A stretch of 61,171 nt of DNA, filler included, from 6 parts of 6 records of this genome joined end to end with filler, not necessarily neighbours in it; one strand, 5' to 3'. Counted from the whole stretch's first letter, positions 33,842-45,019 are shown. The notes: a model not told the origin generated them from the sequence alone. A program made the numbers and translations.

Positions 33842-36800
33842 TCAAACCTCATCGGCATCGTCGTTCCCAAAAAGGCCTGATATCACGGACTCGACATGGT
33901 AACCAAACTTGCGCACGAGTGCTTTCACACGAACAGGGGTCACGTTTTCTAAACCCATTGCGTCGGTACTTTCCTTCACCTTGTCGTAGAAGGCCTTAGC
34001 CTGCTTTTCATTGGCGCGTCGTTGGTGTTCAGTTTGGTGTCGGTCCCAAGCGTGGCGGAACGCAGAGACATCGCCCGTGTTGGCCAGATCTGTGATCGGA
34101 CCAGGGCCCATGCCCAAATACACGCAAGCAATATGGACTTTATATCCAGACTGGTGGAGCAGCTCAAAGCAAGCAGCATCGGATAACTCATCGCAGGCAG
34201 CTCCTGCTTTGGACCGCAAGTCCACCATAAAATTGAGAAGCGCAACGGCTTCCTTAATTTTGCCTTCGAAGTCGGGCAATAACTCGGCACGCTGCAAAGC
34301 GGCAACATAACTATCATCCGATAGGCCTGGGCGTTCGTCGCGCAGGACGGTGAGCAGCTGTGTTGGTTCAGGCAAAGCAACAATCACAGCAGAAGTCCCT
34401 TTTACCCAGCTCTTGGGGAGCTTGTATCGAAAGTTGCCGCCGGTGAATGGGTTGACAAGCTCAATAAAGTCGCCCGGGCGCATGTCCGAAAACCCGTTTT
34501 TGACGCTGGGAAATACAACATTGACACATCCTTTGGGTGCAGGAGGGTGGGGTGGGGGCGGTCGTCGCTCCTCTGCTTCGCTGCCAGCAGCAGCCGAGGA
34601 CGCTACAACTTCGCCATCAACAACTTCGAGCTGGTCGTCTGCGTCGTGGAGAGGCGCTGCAATGCCCTGAACGACAACGTCATCCAGGTCATGTTCCCGA
34701 CGACGGCGGTGGCGGTCTTCCCGGACATGAAGCACCGCCAAAGCACTCTCATAGCTCCCCTGGGCTTCCATGAGCGCATCAAGACACTCTCGCTCGTCTG
34801 AGAAACCCAGATGCCGGAATCTATCCAACTTTTTGCGTGGTGTTGGGAAGTGCAGCACTAAATCCTTGCCTGGCCGCCAGTCTTTGGGCAGAGTTCTCAC
34901 CTGGAGGCCTTTACTGTACGGGTTGCGAACCACTAGCAGCTGACCGGGAACGAATCCCCGCGACGCAACAAGTGGGACGTGGAATATAGCTTCGGACAAA
35001 GGGACCCCAGACACAACTTTGCTCCCGACTGAGTCGGCGCCCGCGTCGGCATTTTCGAATAGGGTGTCAACGGCCACCTGGACATTGCCAACTGCATCAG
35101 CCAGCGCCTCCAAGCACACGCGTTCGTCATCAAACCCCATAGTCCGCAATTGCTCAAGTTGTTCAACTGGTTTAGGAACACGGATCAGATAGGTTTCGCC
35201 TGGCTTGGCATCGTCTGGCACTCGCAAGAAATCTCGAGTGAATGGGTTGGTGACCCTAAGTTGCGGGCTGATCAATGGATCGTACTCAGACGGAACTCGA
35301 TACGCCACTGCAAGGTGGTCTCGCGCGGCTAACAACCGCTGTTGAGCTTCACGCGCTAGGTCTTGCAGCTTTTTTAAACTTTCGCCAGAGTCTGGAGCCG
35401 TGGATGTGTCGGCGTCAAGTTTTGTGTCCACGTCATCGTCGTTTCCCACAATTGAGAGATCTTTGCCCTCGCTGGCTCTCCCGTTGGTATCGGCATCAGC
35501 TGCTTCACTCGGCACCTCCATCCCCGCACTCGCAATCAGTTTAAGCAATGCTTCTTCGGAGAGAATGCTGATGATATTACCAGCCGCCGCGGCAACATCG
35601 AACATTTCCTGAACAACATCGCGTGCTCGCTTCAGTAACTCGGCATCGTTAACACCCGCCGCCTCGGCCGCAGCGACCTTGGACTTGAGGGATTGCACCA
35701 TCGCGTCCGAAATCGGATCGATCGCGGCAGCAGCTACAGCGGCTTCGGCCTCATCTAGCTGCTTGGCAAGCTTCTCGCCGGCCTTCACGATCGCCAAAGC
35801 CCGGGCTTCTGCAGCCGCCTTCGCTGCGGCTGCGTCAGCTTCCTCTTTCGCACGCTGCAAAAGGAGGCGCCGAGCATCCCATGCAGCAGCTCGAACTGCC
35901 CGACCATCAGCGTCTTGTGATGGGGCTTCGAGACCAGCCTCGGCAATAATATTTCGCAGGTAAGTGTCTAATTGGCCTGCTGGCAATGCGCGATAAAACA
36001 GGAGGTAGGCGTTCGCGGTGCGCACTTCCTGTGGCTGCTTTTTGGCAATTCTTTCGTCATCGCAAAGAAACCACTCCGTGCCTCGCTTCGAGAAAGCAGT
36101 GTAGTGCCCCGAGCGAAGGTCTCCCATTTGGTTCGATACTCCGATTAGTTCATACAGCTGTTGGCCAGTCAGCCACGTGTCACGCGGGGAAAGGTCCCCG
36201 GGTGGCAATTCTGGAGAAGCTACATTGCTAGTTGTTGTTGCCGAGTCGGCGACATACTCGTCCATGAATATTTCGAATGGAAAGTCGATCAGTGTACCAA
36301 CCTTGCGCGTGACTCCCTCTAGTGTACACATGAATCGTTTGAAGTGGAAGCACAGTATCGGCGGCAGACGACATAGGTCAATCTTCTTCGTTGCAGAAAC
36401 ATCTGCTGCACAGTCATCGCAGTGCCACCGAATATCGGTCTCCGCCGACAAGAACCCCCGTAAGCAGCTGCTCAGCGTGTTGATAGTATTTGGCGCCTGT
36501 ACGGGCAGGTCATTTTTTTCAGACCCTCCACCGTCGCTGTTGCTGGTGCTGTTAGCCGCTTGCACAGCGTCTTGATCCGGAACAGAGAGCGGAATGGCTT
36601 TAAAAGCGTCGAACGTGCGTGAGGCTTGCTTCGGGTGCTTCGGACAAGACAAGCAGCTACTTAGCTGGCCTTCAAAAGTGTCCATGATCACCGATGCGTC
36701 ACGCTCGCGATGCTGGCGCCAGTGCATGTCTGCTGTCATGTTGGGTTCCTCCGCCGGGCCACTCGGAGCTCGACCATCGTTCGTAGCGCTTGAAGCTTCC

Positions 36801-38950
36801 TCTGGAACGCTGGCGCGCGTATTTATGTCTTGGTGAAGGAGGTCCAGTATGTTCTCAAGGACATCCATGGCATCATGTTGATGACCCATAGCGTGGTCGT
36901 GCTTGGCTCGAAAGTCGGGTCTAAATTGGTCCAACGTAGCCTTAAACCAGCCAAGTGGCCCAAGAGGTCGTCCAATTTTTGGTTTGTTCTCGTCACGGTC
37001 CAAATGACCCATGTGCTCAGTGCGCGCAATCTGGCACACCAGCGCGGAGAATGCCCGCGCCAAAATTCCTCCAGTGCCACCACGCTGGGCACGGCGGAAC
37101 GCTCGCCGTCTAAGGTCTTCGGTGTTTGGCCCGCGGGTGCGGTCTGCATTCGCGACGGGTGTAGTGCTGGTCTCATAGATCTGGGTGTTGAGCGAATCAC
37201 CACGAATGGCAACAGGATCGGCAAAAAAGCCTGTCACTGAGGGGCACGCCACAATGCACTGCAACACTGAGTTCATGTAGCAGGTGTTGCCAATGTTCGG
37301 CAGACCTACTACCTCTTCGATGAGGCGACGCCGCGTGTCGGCAACGTTCCCAGAGGTGAGGTCGACAGGTAACTTCGGCTGAAGCGTCCGGAGCTCACGA
37401 AAGCCGTACATGGGCTTCTGGTCGAGAGCTGTGTTTGAAATCAGCGAAAACCTGCGCTGAACGGGTTGCCACTCGTGGTCAGTTTCCGACACCGCTTCGC
37501 CCGGGGCGTCCCATGTGTTTCGAGCGAGTTGCACCAGTTTGAGCAATCTGGCCTCACGCGTATGTGGGTCAATGCTGGCAATGCGTCGCTTCTGCCAGCA
37601 GTGCTCCGGCGAATGGACGTACACACCCGGAAGAATTCCAGGCCACTCAATGTCGTCGAAGCTTCGGAAATTCACAAGATCAGGGTCAACGGTGACCTTG
37701 ATGGTTGGTGCGGAGTTTTCCGAGTCGCGCAATACCTCCACTTGCACCATCGACGAGTGTAGCCAAGGGTCGCTGTTCCACAACTCCCACACAGCGCCTT
37801 CTTCTTCAGGCAAAGCCCCGTCGGCTGGCTTGGGTACGGATGCGGGGGGGCAGTCCGTTTCCTCGCATTTGCCAGACCTTAAGTAGCCACGCACAGTGGT
37901 CGCGACCGTCTCCACGGCAGTCGCGCCATTCCATTCTCGTCGACTTAACCACCACCGGCCCGCGATGTCCCCACTCTTTGGAACGTAGTGCAGGATGGTA
38001 TCGTTTTCCTTGCAGTAGTAAAAGTTTCCACGGGAGTTCACGAGAATTTCGAAGTCCATACCCTCTCGAAGACGCGATCGCCAGTCGGCAACGTGTGTCC
38101 CTGCACGCACAAAGTCTCCGTGCTTCGGAGAAGTTCCAGCAAACTGCAGTCGGAGCCCTGCAGAGCGAGTAGTACGCATGTCTGAGCGGATATCACCGCG
38201 AAATCGTACGACCAAATCCTCACGATCACGACAGCATCGCACGACAGCCCCCTCTCGCCACTGATTACACCGTTCGTCAAACAAGTCCACTTCGTTGCCG
38301 GGCTCGAGTCGCAGCCGCCAATCGTCCAATGCACCGTATTCAGGCTCGTCCACAACGCTGCCTTCTCCCGCAAGCTCCGCATTGTGCAATGCCACCGGGG
38401 TTCGCTTTGCGGGGCTCTCCTCAGCGGGCCGAGCAGACTCAATTGGAACGCCGACTACAAGTGGCTCGCTGTCCTGGCCGTCATTTCCAGGATCGTCGTC
38501 CGCGGAAGGTCCGCCCTCCACTGGCGGTTCTCCAACCTCAACGAGAAGGCGCAGCGGCTCCTGGAACGTATCAATCGACCGCCCGTCGACCCTGAGCCCA
38601 CCAACAAGTCGTTCTTCTCCCTCGCTGGGGTCAAGGGCCTCCCACGAGCCGGTGGCTGAGCCAATCCACAGTCGAAGACCAGCCGCCACGGAGGGCACGC
38701 CCGGAAGCCGATCTCCGCCACTTGCAGGCGCGGGTGCCGGCAGGCCCGGGTGGCCCACAGACTCGCCCGGTGGTTCCTGAGGCAGGCGGTGCGACGGCTG
38801 CACAGCTTCAACAGCGCGGGTCGACAGTTTCGAAACGGGGTCACTCAGCTCGCAGGTCACGACTGCGTCGTGCACGGGGCGAGCGCTCGGCGGGGGCAAA
38901 GAACTCGCGGCTGCTGCTCCGTGCCCAATCCACAGCTCAAACGAGAGCAT
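33842..38950 (-). CDS. Ubiquitin-specific protease (peptidase C19) with Tudor-like N-terminal segments and C-terminal UBA-containing repeats; single exon
   Basis: Cys box GLPNIGNTCYMNSVLQC, QHDA, His box GHYTAF..WFLCDDE. UBA-like segments LRTMGFDDERVCLEAL..GNVQVAVDTL and FRHLGFSDERECLDAL..GSYESALAVL. Confidence 0.9.
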   Translation of the reverse strand: MLSFELWIGHGAAAASSLPPPSARPVHDAVVTCELSDPVSKLSTRAVEAVQPSHRLPQEPPGESVGHPGLPAPAPASGGDRLPGVPSVAAGLRLWIGSATGSWEALDPSEGEERLVGGLRVDGRSIDTFQEPLRLLVEVGEPPVEGGPSADDDPGNDGQDSEPLVVGVPIESARPAEESPAKRTPVALHNAELAGEGSVVDEPEYGALDDWRLRLEPGNEVDLFDERCNQWREGAVVRCCRDREDLVVRFRGDIRSDMRTTRSAGLRLQFAGTSPKHGDFVRAGTHVADWRSRLREGMDFEILVNSRGNFYYCKENDTILHYVPKSGDIAGRWWLSRREWNGATAVETVATTVRGYLRSGKCEETDCPPASVPKPADGALPEEEGAVWELWNSDPWLHSSMVQVEVLRDSENSAPTIKVTVDPDLVNFRSFDDIEWPGILPGVYVHSPEHCWQKRRIASIDPHTREARLLKLVQLARNTWDAPGEAVSETDHEWQPVQRRFSLISNTALDQKPMYGFRELRTLQPKLPVDLTSGNVADTRRRLIEEVVGLPNIGNTCYMNSVLQCIVACPSVTGFFADPVAIRGDSLNTQIYETSTTPVANADRTRGPNTEDLRRRAFRRAQRGGTGGILARAFSALVCQIARTEHMGHLDRDENKPKIGRPLGPLGWFKATLDQFRPDFRAKHDHAMGHQHDAMDVLENILDLLHQDINTRASVPEEASSATNDGRAPSGPAEEPNMTADMHWRQHRERDASVIMDTFEGQLSSCLSCPKHPKQASRTFDAFKAIPLSVPDQDAVQAANSTSNSDGGGSEKNDLPVQAPNTINTLSSCLRGFLSAETDIRWHCDDCAADVSATKKIDLCRLPPILCFHFKRFMCTLEGVTRKVGTLIDFPFEIFMDEYVADSATTTSNVASPELPPGDLSPRDTWLTGQQLYELIGVSNQMGDLRSGHYTAFSKRGTEWFLCDDERIAKKQPQEVRTANAYLLFYRALPAGQLDTYLRNIIAEAGLEAPSQDADGRAVRAAAWDARRLLLQRAKEEADAAAAKAAAEARALAIVKAGEKLAKQLDEAEAAVAAAAIDPISDAMVQSLKSKVAAAEAAGVNDAELLKRARDVVQEMFDVAAAAGNIISILSEEALLKLIASAGMEVPSEAADADTNGRASEGKDLSIVGNDDDVDTKLDADTSTAPDSGESLKKLQDLAREAQQRLLAARDHLAVAYRVPSEYDPLISPQLRVTNPFTRDFLRVPDDAKPGETYLIRVPKPVEQLEQLRTMGFDDERVCLEALADAVGNVQVAVDTLFENADAGADSVGSKVVSGVPLSEAIFHVPLVASRGFVPGQLLVVRNPYSKGLQVRTLPKDWRPGKDLVLHFPTPRKKLDRFRHLGFSDERECLDALMEAQGSYESALAVLHVREDRHRRRREHDLDDVVVQGIAAPLHDADDQLEVVDGEVVASSAAAGSEAEERRPPPPHPPAPKGCVNVVFPSVKNGFSDMRPGDFIELVNPFTGGNFRYKLPKSWVKGTSAVIVALPEPTQLLTVLRDERPGLSDDSYVAALQRAELLPDFEGKIKEAVALLNFMVDLRSKAGAACDELSDAACFELLHQSGYKVHIACVYLGMGPGPITDLANTGDVSAFRHAWDRHQTEHQRRANEKQAKAFYDKVKESTDAMGLENVTPVRVKALVRKFGYHVESVISGLFGNDDADEV

Positions 38951-39089
38951 GCTGGCCCACCGCCAGCGTCAGCCAGCTGCTGCCTCCGCAGGGATAGGAA
39001 TACACGCGCAAAAAAGCTAGCGAGCGCTCGGCTGGCGCCTTGTGTGTGGGCCAGGGCCAGGGCGGGCGAAGCAGCTACAACACAGCAGT

Positions 39090-39111
39090 AACAACAACAA
39101 CAACAACAACA
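39090..39111. repeat. (AAC)n microsatellite at contig end
   Basis: Seen directly. Confidence 0.9.
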
Positions 39112-39211
39112 NNNNNNNNNNNNNNNNNNNNNNNNNNNNNNNNNNNNNNNNNNNNTTAATTAATTAANNNNNNNNNNNNNNNNNNNNNNNNNNNNNNNNN
39201 NNNNNNNNNNN
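39112..39211. other. Artificial contig-joining spacer
   Basis: N44-TTAATTAATTAA-N44. Confidence 0.98.
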
Positions 39212-41419
39212 GCCGCCCTTGACGTTGAAGCTGAAGCGGCCGGGCTTGTAGCCCCGCGATCGGGCTTCCTGGGTGCCGGCGAACAGCTCCCGCACCGGTG
39301 TGAAAATGCCGGTGTAAGTGGCCGGGTTGGAACGCGGGGTGCGTCCGATGGGGCTCTGATCGATATCCACCACCTTGTCGAAGTGGTCCAGCCCCTTGAT
39401 CTCCCGGTATGGAGACGCGCGCAGGGTGGTGGCTTTGTTCAGGCGGGTGGCGGCCACCGGGTACAGGGTGTGGTTGATCAAGGTGGACTTGCCGGAACCC
39501 GAGACGCCGGTAATGCAGGTGAACAGGCCCACCGGCAGTTTGAGATGAGCGTCTTTGAGGTTATTGCCGCTGGCGCCGGTGAGTTCCAGCCAGCGATCGT
39601 TGGCGGCGACCCGCTTTTTCGGCACGGCAATGGCGCGGCGGCCGGACAGATAATCGCCCGTCAGGGACTTTGGATTGCCGGCCACGTCTTCCGGCTTGCC
39701 CTGAGCCACAACCTGCCCACCGTGCACGCCGGCGCCGGGGCCAATGTCGATCACATGGTCCGCCATGCGGATGGCGTCCTCGTCATGCTCCACCACCAGC
39801 ACGGTGTTGCCCAGATCACGCAGCCGGGTCAGGGTGCTGAGCAGGCGCTCGTTGTCGCGTTGGTGCAGGCCGATGGAGGGTTCGTCGAGCACATACATCA
39901 CCCCCACCAGGCCGGCGCCGATCTGGCTGGCCAGGCGGATGCGCTGAGCTTCACCACCAGACAAGGTCTCGGCGCTGCGCTCCAGGGTCAGATAGTCCAG
40001 GCCGACATTGACCAGGAACTGCAGACGATCGCGGATTTCCTTGAGAATCTTCTCGGCGATTTCGCCCCGGCTGCCGGCCAGTTTCAACTGATCGAAATAG
40101 TCGAACGCCTTGCCTACCGCCATGCGTACCACCTGGGGCAGCGTGATCTCGTCGATGAACACATGCCGGGCGGCTTCCCGAAGCCGGGAACCGTGACAGC
40201 TCGGACAGGTGGAGGTGGACAGGTAAGTGGCCAGGTCCTCTCGTACCGCCTCCGATTCGGTTTCCCGGTAGCGGCGCTCCATGTTGGGGATGATGCCCTC
40301 GAACGGATGGTTGCGGCTGATGATGTCTCCGCGGTCGTTGAGATAGCGGAATTCCACGTTTTCCTTGCCGGTACCGTAGAGGATCTTCTTGCGAACGGCT
40401 TTGCTCAGCTTCTTGAACGGCACGTCCATATCGAAGCCAAGGCTGTCCGCCAGAGAGGTGAGCATCTGGAAGTAATAAACGTTGCGGCGATCCCAGCCGC
40501 GAATCGCGCCCTCGGCCAGGGACAGTTCATCACTGGTGATGACCTTGTCCTCGTCGAAGAATTGTTTGACGCCAAGACCGTCGCAGCTCGGGCAGGCGCC
40601 GGCCGGGTTGTTGAACGAGAACAGACGCGGCTCCAGCTCCGGGATGGAATAGCCGCAGTGTGGGCAGGCGAACTTGGCCGAGAAGGTGATTTCCTCGCCC
40701 TTGCCGTCCATGGGGGCGATCACCGCGATGTCATCCGCCAGGTGCAGGGCGGTCTCGAACGATTCGGCCAGCCGGTTCTGCAGATCCGGGCGCACCTTGA
40801 AGCGATCCACCACCACTTCGATGGTGTGCTTCTTGTTTTTGTCCAGGGTGGGGGTGTCGTCCATATCGTGGATACGGCCGTTCACCCGCGCCCGCACGAA
40901 GCCCTGGGCACGCAACTCATCGAACAGATGGAGATGCTCGCCTTTCTTCTCTCGTACCACCGGTGCCAGCAGCATCAGCCGGGCGCCGTCTTCCATGGCG
41001 ATCACCTGATCCACCATCTGACTGATGGTCTGGGCCGCCAGCGGCGTATCGTGCTCGGGACAGCGCGGCTCGCCCACCCGGGCGAACAGCAGGCGAAGAT
41101 AGTCGTAGATCTCGGTAATGGTGCCCACGGTGGAGCGCGGGTTATGGCTGGTGGACTTCTGCTCGATGGAGATCGCCGGACTCAGCCCTTCGATGTGGTC
41201 GACATCGGGCTTTTCCATCATCGACAGGAACTGCCGGGCGTAGGTGGACAGTGACTCCACGTAGCGGCGCTGCCCTTCCGCGTAGAGCGTGTCGAACGCC
41301 AGCGATGATTTACCGGAACCGGATAAGCCGGTGATCACCACCAGCTTGTCCCGTGGAATGTCCAGATCCACGTTTTTCAGGTTATGGGTACGGGCACCGC
41401 GCACCAGAATGGTATCCAT
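39212..41419 (-). CDS. uvrA: Excinuclease ABC subunit A, 3'-truncated by the contig end
   Basis: [44 protein letters not shown], second Walker [24 protein letters not shown]. Confidence 0.98.
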
Positions 41420-41434
41420 GGGTACTGCCACCTA

Positions 41435-41450
41435 CTGTCAAAATGAACAG
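41435..41450. promoter_or_regulatory. LexA (SOS) box upstream of uvrA
   Basis: CTGTcaaaatgaACAG matches CTGT-N8-ACAG and lies 15 bp upstream of the uvrA ATG. Confidence 0.8.
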
Positions 41451-41517
41451 TGGAGTATAGGGGAAATGTTATGAAGGAGAAAAGAAATCAACGGCCGGAC
41501 GGCAATGCCATCGGAAG

Positions 41518-41543
41518 GGCCGACACGCCGATGCGTGTCAGCC
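41518..41543 (-). terminator. Stem-loop just downstream of the LuxR gene
   Basis: On the minus strand, ggctgacacgc-atcg-gcgtgtcggcc forms an 11-bp stem; the U-tract is weak. Confidence 0.45.
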
Positions 41544-41551
41544 GGTGCGGG

Positions 41552-42199
41552 TTACAGGTTTTCCTGGGCCCAGTTCACGGCCTGCAGGCGGTTGGAGGCG
41601 TTGATCTTCTTGAAGATATTGTAGATGTGGGTCTTGATGGTGTGCGGGCTGAGGTTCAGAGCCGTGGCGATTTCAGAGTTCTTGGCGCCGGTGGCCATCA
41701 CCTTGAGCACTTCCACTTCGCGATCGGTCAGGTTCACCTCGCTGCGTGAGAAGGTCTTGTTGAAAGCGCGGCTCTTCACCAGGTATTGCTGCAGCACCTT
41801 GCGCGGGAACCACAGTTCGCCTTCGAAGATCGCCTTGATGCCCTTGGTCAGCAGGCCCTGGGGGCAGTCGTGCAGGAAACCGCCGTTGACCATCGGCAGT
41901 CCGGCCAGGCGCGACAGGGAAGCATCGTCGTCCACATTGAAGACGCCGGTGAGCACGTCGCAATCCAGGCGCTGATCCACGGCCAGGAGGTGGTTGATGA
42001 CGTCGTTGACGTCCACCGAGTGGTAATCCACCAGGAACAGGTTCTGCTCCGCTCCTGCGAGATCGTCTTCGGCTACCATGTCGACCGTTTTCACGGCGGT
42101 GGCGGGAATGGACTCCTTAGCGAGAAACTCGGTAAGCAGGGCGTTTTGCAGGTGCTGGTTACCAACCACGTACACCTTCTGAGCGGGGATTTTATCCAT
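41552..42199 (-). CDS. CsgD/VpsT-like LuxR-family transcriptional regulator
   Basis: Degenerate receiver domain, GELWFPRK linker, and LuxR HTH LTDREVEVL..GAKNSEIA..LSPHTIKTHIYNIFKKI..NRLQAVNWA. Confidence 0.85.
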   Translation of the reverse strand: MDKIPAQKVYVVGNQHLQNALLTEFLAKESIPATAVKTVDMVAEDDLAGAEQNLFLVDYHSVDVNDVINHLLAVDQRLDCDVLTGVFNVDDDASLSRLAGLPMVNGGFLHDCPQGLLTKGIKAIFEGELWFPRKVLQQYLVKSRAFNKTFSRSEVNLTDREVEVLKVMATGAKNSEIATALNLSPHTIKTHIYNIFKKINASNRLQAVNWAQENL

Positions 42200-42430
42200 G
42201 GAGTCTTCCGTGATGCGCTGAGGCTATCGGAGTGGCTACGAAAAATACCGTATTGTGCAAAAATCTATCACCCCTGGCGGGGCGGTTCAATTTGCTATTG
42301 CCTTAAGTGACAAGGTTTTACAGGTTCGAGCTTGACCAGAGAGCCGCCGAGGCGTTTTGTCCCCGCCCGGTGCCGGGGGAATCTGATACACTTGCCGCCC
42401 CCTAACCAGCCGCACCGGTTGCCAATCATC

Positions 42431-43798
42431 ATGACGGACGAGTCCACCGCCGCCCTGCGGCGCACGGAAATCAGTACCAGCAGTTCTCTGGCCGCGATTT
42501 TTGCCCTGCGCATGTTCGGGTTGTTCATGATCCTGCCGATCTTTGCCGTATTCGGCGGACAGCTCGAGGGCGCCACACCACTGCTGATTGGTACCGCCAT
42601 CGGTGCCTACGGGCTGATGCAGGCGTGTCTGCAGATCCCTTTTGGCATGCTCTCCGACCGTTTCGGGCGCCGTCCGATGCTGTTGATCGGCCTGGCCCTG
42701 TTCATGGCCGGTGGGGTGGTGGCGGCGCTCAGTGACACCATATATGGCGTCATCCTGGGGCGTGCCTTGCAGGGATCCGGCGCCATTGCCAGTGTCATTA
42801 TGGCGCTGATTGGCGATGTAGTGAGCGAGCGTAACCGCACCAAGGCCATGGCCTTGATCGGAATGTCGGTGGGCGGTTCCTTCATCCTGGCACTGATTCT
42901 GGGGCCGCTGCTGGCTCACTGGCTGGGGCTCAGCGGCCTGTTCTGGCTGACCGTGGCGCTCGGTGCCGTGGCGTTGCTGGTAGCGCTGCGCGTACCGGCG
43001 CCCAAGGTCATGCTCGATGAGGCACTGCCGCCATCGCAGCGGTTCCGGCGGGTGCTGGGCAGCGCGGATCTGCGCCGTCTGGATCTGGGCATTCTGGTGT
43101 TGCACCTGACCATGACCGCGTCCTTCGTGGTGCTGCCCAAATTATTGCAAACCCGGCTCGGCTTGAGCCTGGATCAGCATAGTCTGCTGTACCTGGTGGT
43201 TCTGGTGGCGGGTTTCCTGGCCATGATTCCGTTGATCATCGCCGCGGAGCGCCGTGGCGCGGTGCCGATCAAAAGAGCGGCGGTGGCTCTGCTGATCGTC
43301 GCCGAGGTGCTGCTGGCGGTGGCGGGCGAGACCCTGTGGCACTTCGTGCTGGCCTTGTTTGTCTATTTCATGGCCTTCAACCTGCTGGAGGCCCTGCTGC
43401 CCTCCATGGTTGGCCGCGCCGCGCCGGCCGGCACCCGTGGCACCGCCATGGGCGTGTACTCCACCAGCCAGTTCCTGGGAGTGTTCATCGGCGGGCAGCT
43501 GGGCGGTGCCCTGTTTCAGTGGGTGGGCGCCGAGGCGGTTTTCTATGGGTGCGCCGCCATGGCGCTGTTCTGGCTATGGCGTCTGGCCGGCATGAAGGAA
43601 CTGCCAAAGCTCGATAACCGGGTCATTCAACTGAGCCCCGCCGACGACCCGCGCCATACGGTGGAGCGGCTGCGTGCCGTGCCCGGCGTGCTGGAGGCGG
43701 TAGTGGTCGCCGACAAGCATCTGGCCCTGCTGAAGGTGGATAACCAACTGCTTGACGAGCGCGCGCTCCAGGCCCTCGCCGCCGAAGGGCAAAACTGA
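42431..43798 (+). CDS. yajR: YajR-like MFS transporter with a C-terminal soluble domain
   Basis: [48 protein letters not shown]-terminal [14 protein letters not shown]; usual position between uvrA and ssb. Confidence 0.85.
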   Translation: MTDESTAALRRTEISTSSSLAAIFALRMFGLFMILPIFAVFGGQLEGATPLLIGTAIGAYGLMQACLQIPFGMLSDRFGRRPMLLIGLALFMAGGVVAALSDTIYGVILGRALQGSGAIASVIMALIGDVVSERNRTKAMALIGMSVGGSFILALILGPLLAHWLGLSGLFWLTVALGAVALLVALRVPAPKVMLDEALPPSQRFRRVLGSADLRRLDLGILVLHLTMTASFVVLPKLLQTRLGLSLDQHSLLYLVVLVAGFLAMIPLIIAAERRGAVPIKRAAVALLIVAEVLLAVAGETLWHFVLALFVYFMAFNLLEALLPSMVGRAAPAGTRGTAMGVYSTSQFLGVFIGGQLGGALFQWVGAEAVFYGCAAMALFWLWRLAGMKELPKLDNRVIQLSPADDPRHTVERLRAVPGVLEAVVVADKHLALLKVDNQLLDERALQALAAEGQN

Positions 43799-43865
43799 CA
43801 GAATACCCGTTTATCCAGTTATGCCGCCGCAGGGCGGCCCGTCGAATTTGAGGGAGTGCAAGGCC

Positions 43866-44384
43866 ATGGCGAGAGGGGTGAACAAAGTGATATTGATCGG
43901 CAACCTGGGTGCCGATCCGGAAACCCGCTTCATGCCCAGTGGCGGGGCGGTGACCAATGTCCGCCTGGCCACCTCGGAAACCTGGAAGGACCGGCAGACC
44001 GGTCAAATGCAGGAACGTACCGAATGGCACCGGGTGGTGTTCTTCAACAAGCTCGGCGAGATCGCCGGTGAATACCTGAAGAAGGGCAGCAAGGTCTACA
44101 TCGAAGGTTCGATCCGTACCCGTAAATGGCAGGGGCAGGATGGCCAGGACCGCTACACCACCGAGATTGTCGCCAACGAAATGCAAATGTTGGACGGCCG
44201 TGGTGACGGCGGTGGCGGCTTCGGTGGCGGGGACCGCCAGGGCGGCGGGGCGCCCCGTCAGCAGCAAGGAAGTTACGATCAGGGCGGCGATGACTACAAC
44301 CAGGGCGGTGGCCAGAGCAGTGGCGGCCAAGGTGGTGGTTTCGGCGGCCCGGCAGACGATTTCGACGACGATATCCCGTTCTGA
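43866..44384 (+). CDS. ssb: Single-stranded DNA-binding protein
   Basis: [22 protein letters not shown], Gly-rich linker, C-terminal DFDDDIPF. Confidence 0.98.
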   Translation: MARGVNKVILIGNLGADPETRFMPSGGAVTNVRLATSETWKDRQTGQMQERTEWHRVVFFNKLGEIAGEYLKKGSKVYIEGSIRTRKWQGQDGQDRYTTEIVANEMQMLDGRGDGGGGFGGGDRQGGGAPRQQQGSYDQGGDDYNQGGGQSSGGQGGGFGGPADDFDDDIPF

Positions 44385-44609
44385 TTGTCCCGCCACCCGC
44401 CCAGGGGCCTTTGGTCCCTGGGCGTCCCCCGGCGCTTGCCGACGTTTCCATTTCCTGAAATCCCCGGTTCCGTGAATATTCCATGACAAAACGACGGTCA
44501 TGGCGGTCACGGCTCGTCTTGTTAATGCGGTTCACCTGTTGGCGGCATGTTGCCCGCCGTCGATGTGGTCGGGCGGCATCAAGCATCAATCCAGACAATT
44601 GGCATATTC

Positions 44610-44643
44610 TCGTTGCCCCCGCTCCCGGGGCAACGATCTTTTT
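44610..44643 (+). terminator. Intrinsic terminator-like hairpin in the ssb-gspN intergenic region
   Basis: TCGTTGCCCC-cgctccc-GGGGCAACGA (10-bp perfect stem) followed by tcttttt. Confidence 0.65.
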
Positions 44644-45019
44644 CCGCTGCGCTATGCAGGCCTCCTTCTCTCTTGTTTCGGCACCGCCTGCCACGGTTGG
44701 GTCATAAGTATTCGCCCCGGGTTGGGCCGTCATGAGCGTGTCATTGTGATGGCCCACCCTGGCGCCCCTTCTTGTGAAATCGCGCCGTCTTGCCTACCGC
44801 GCGGCACTGGCCGTATTTGATCAGGTGCTAGCAGGCTCCGGATTGAGGTACAGTTAGCGTTTCGGCTTCGTTAGTGGCGCGGTCGTACCAGCCGGTCCGT
44901 CGGGATTCGGCCAGGCAAGTTCATTGGGGTAGTGGATTCATGACCATGGATGCCATGAAAAATAAACGTCTGTGTCAGCACCATCGTGTGCCTGGCAGGA
45001 TGTCGGATGTTGGATCGAA

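Noticed and set aside
39383-41254. Long antisense ORFs (also 50423-51391, 54087-55205, 57528-58790, 60291-61160)
   Set aside because: They are shadows of well-supported genes on the opposite strand, as expected in high-GC coding DNA.
43795-43825. Possible LexA box upstream of ssb (..gtttatccagt)
   Set aside because: Only a right half-site is present; there is no CTG at the required N10 spacing.
44599-44616. Possible sigma-54 promoter TGGCAT..TTGC
   Set aside because: The GG-to-GC spacing is 12 nt rather than the required 10, and the TTGC is part of the terminator stem.
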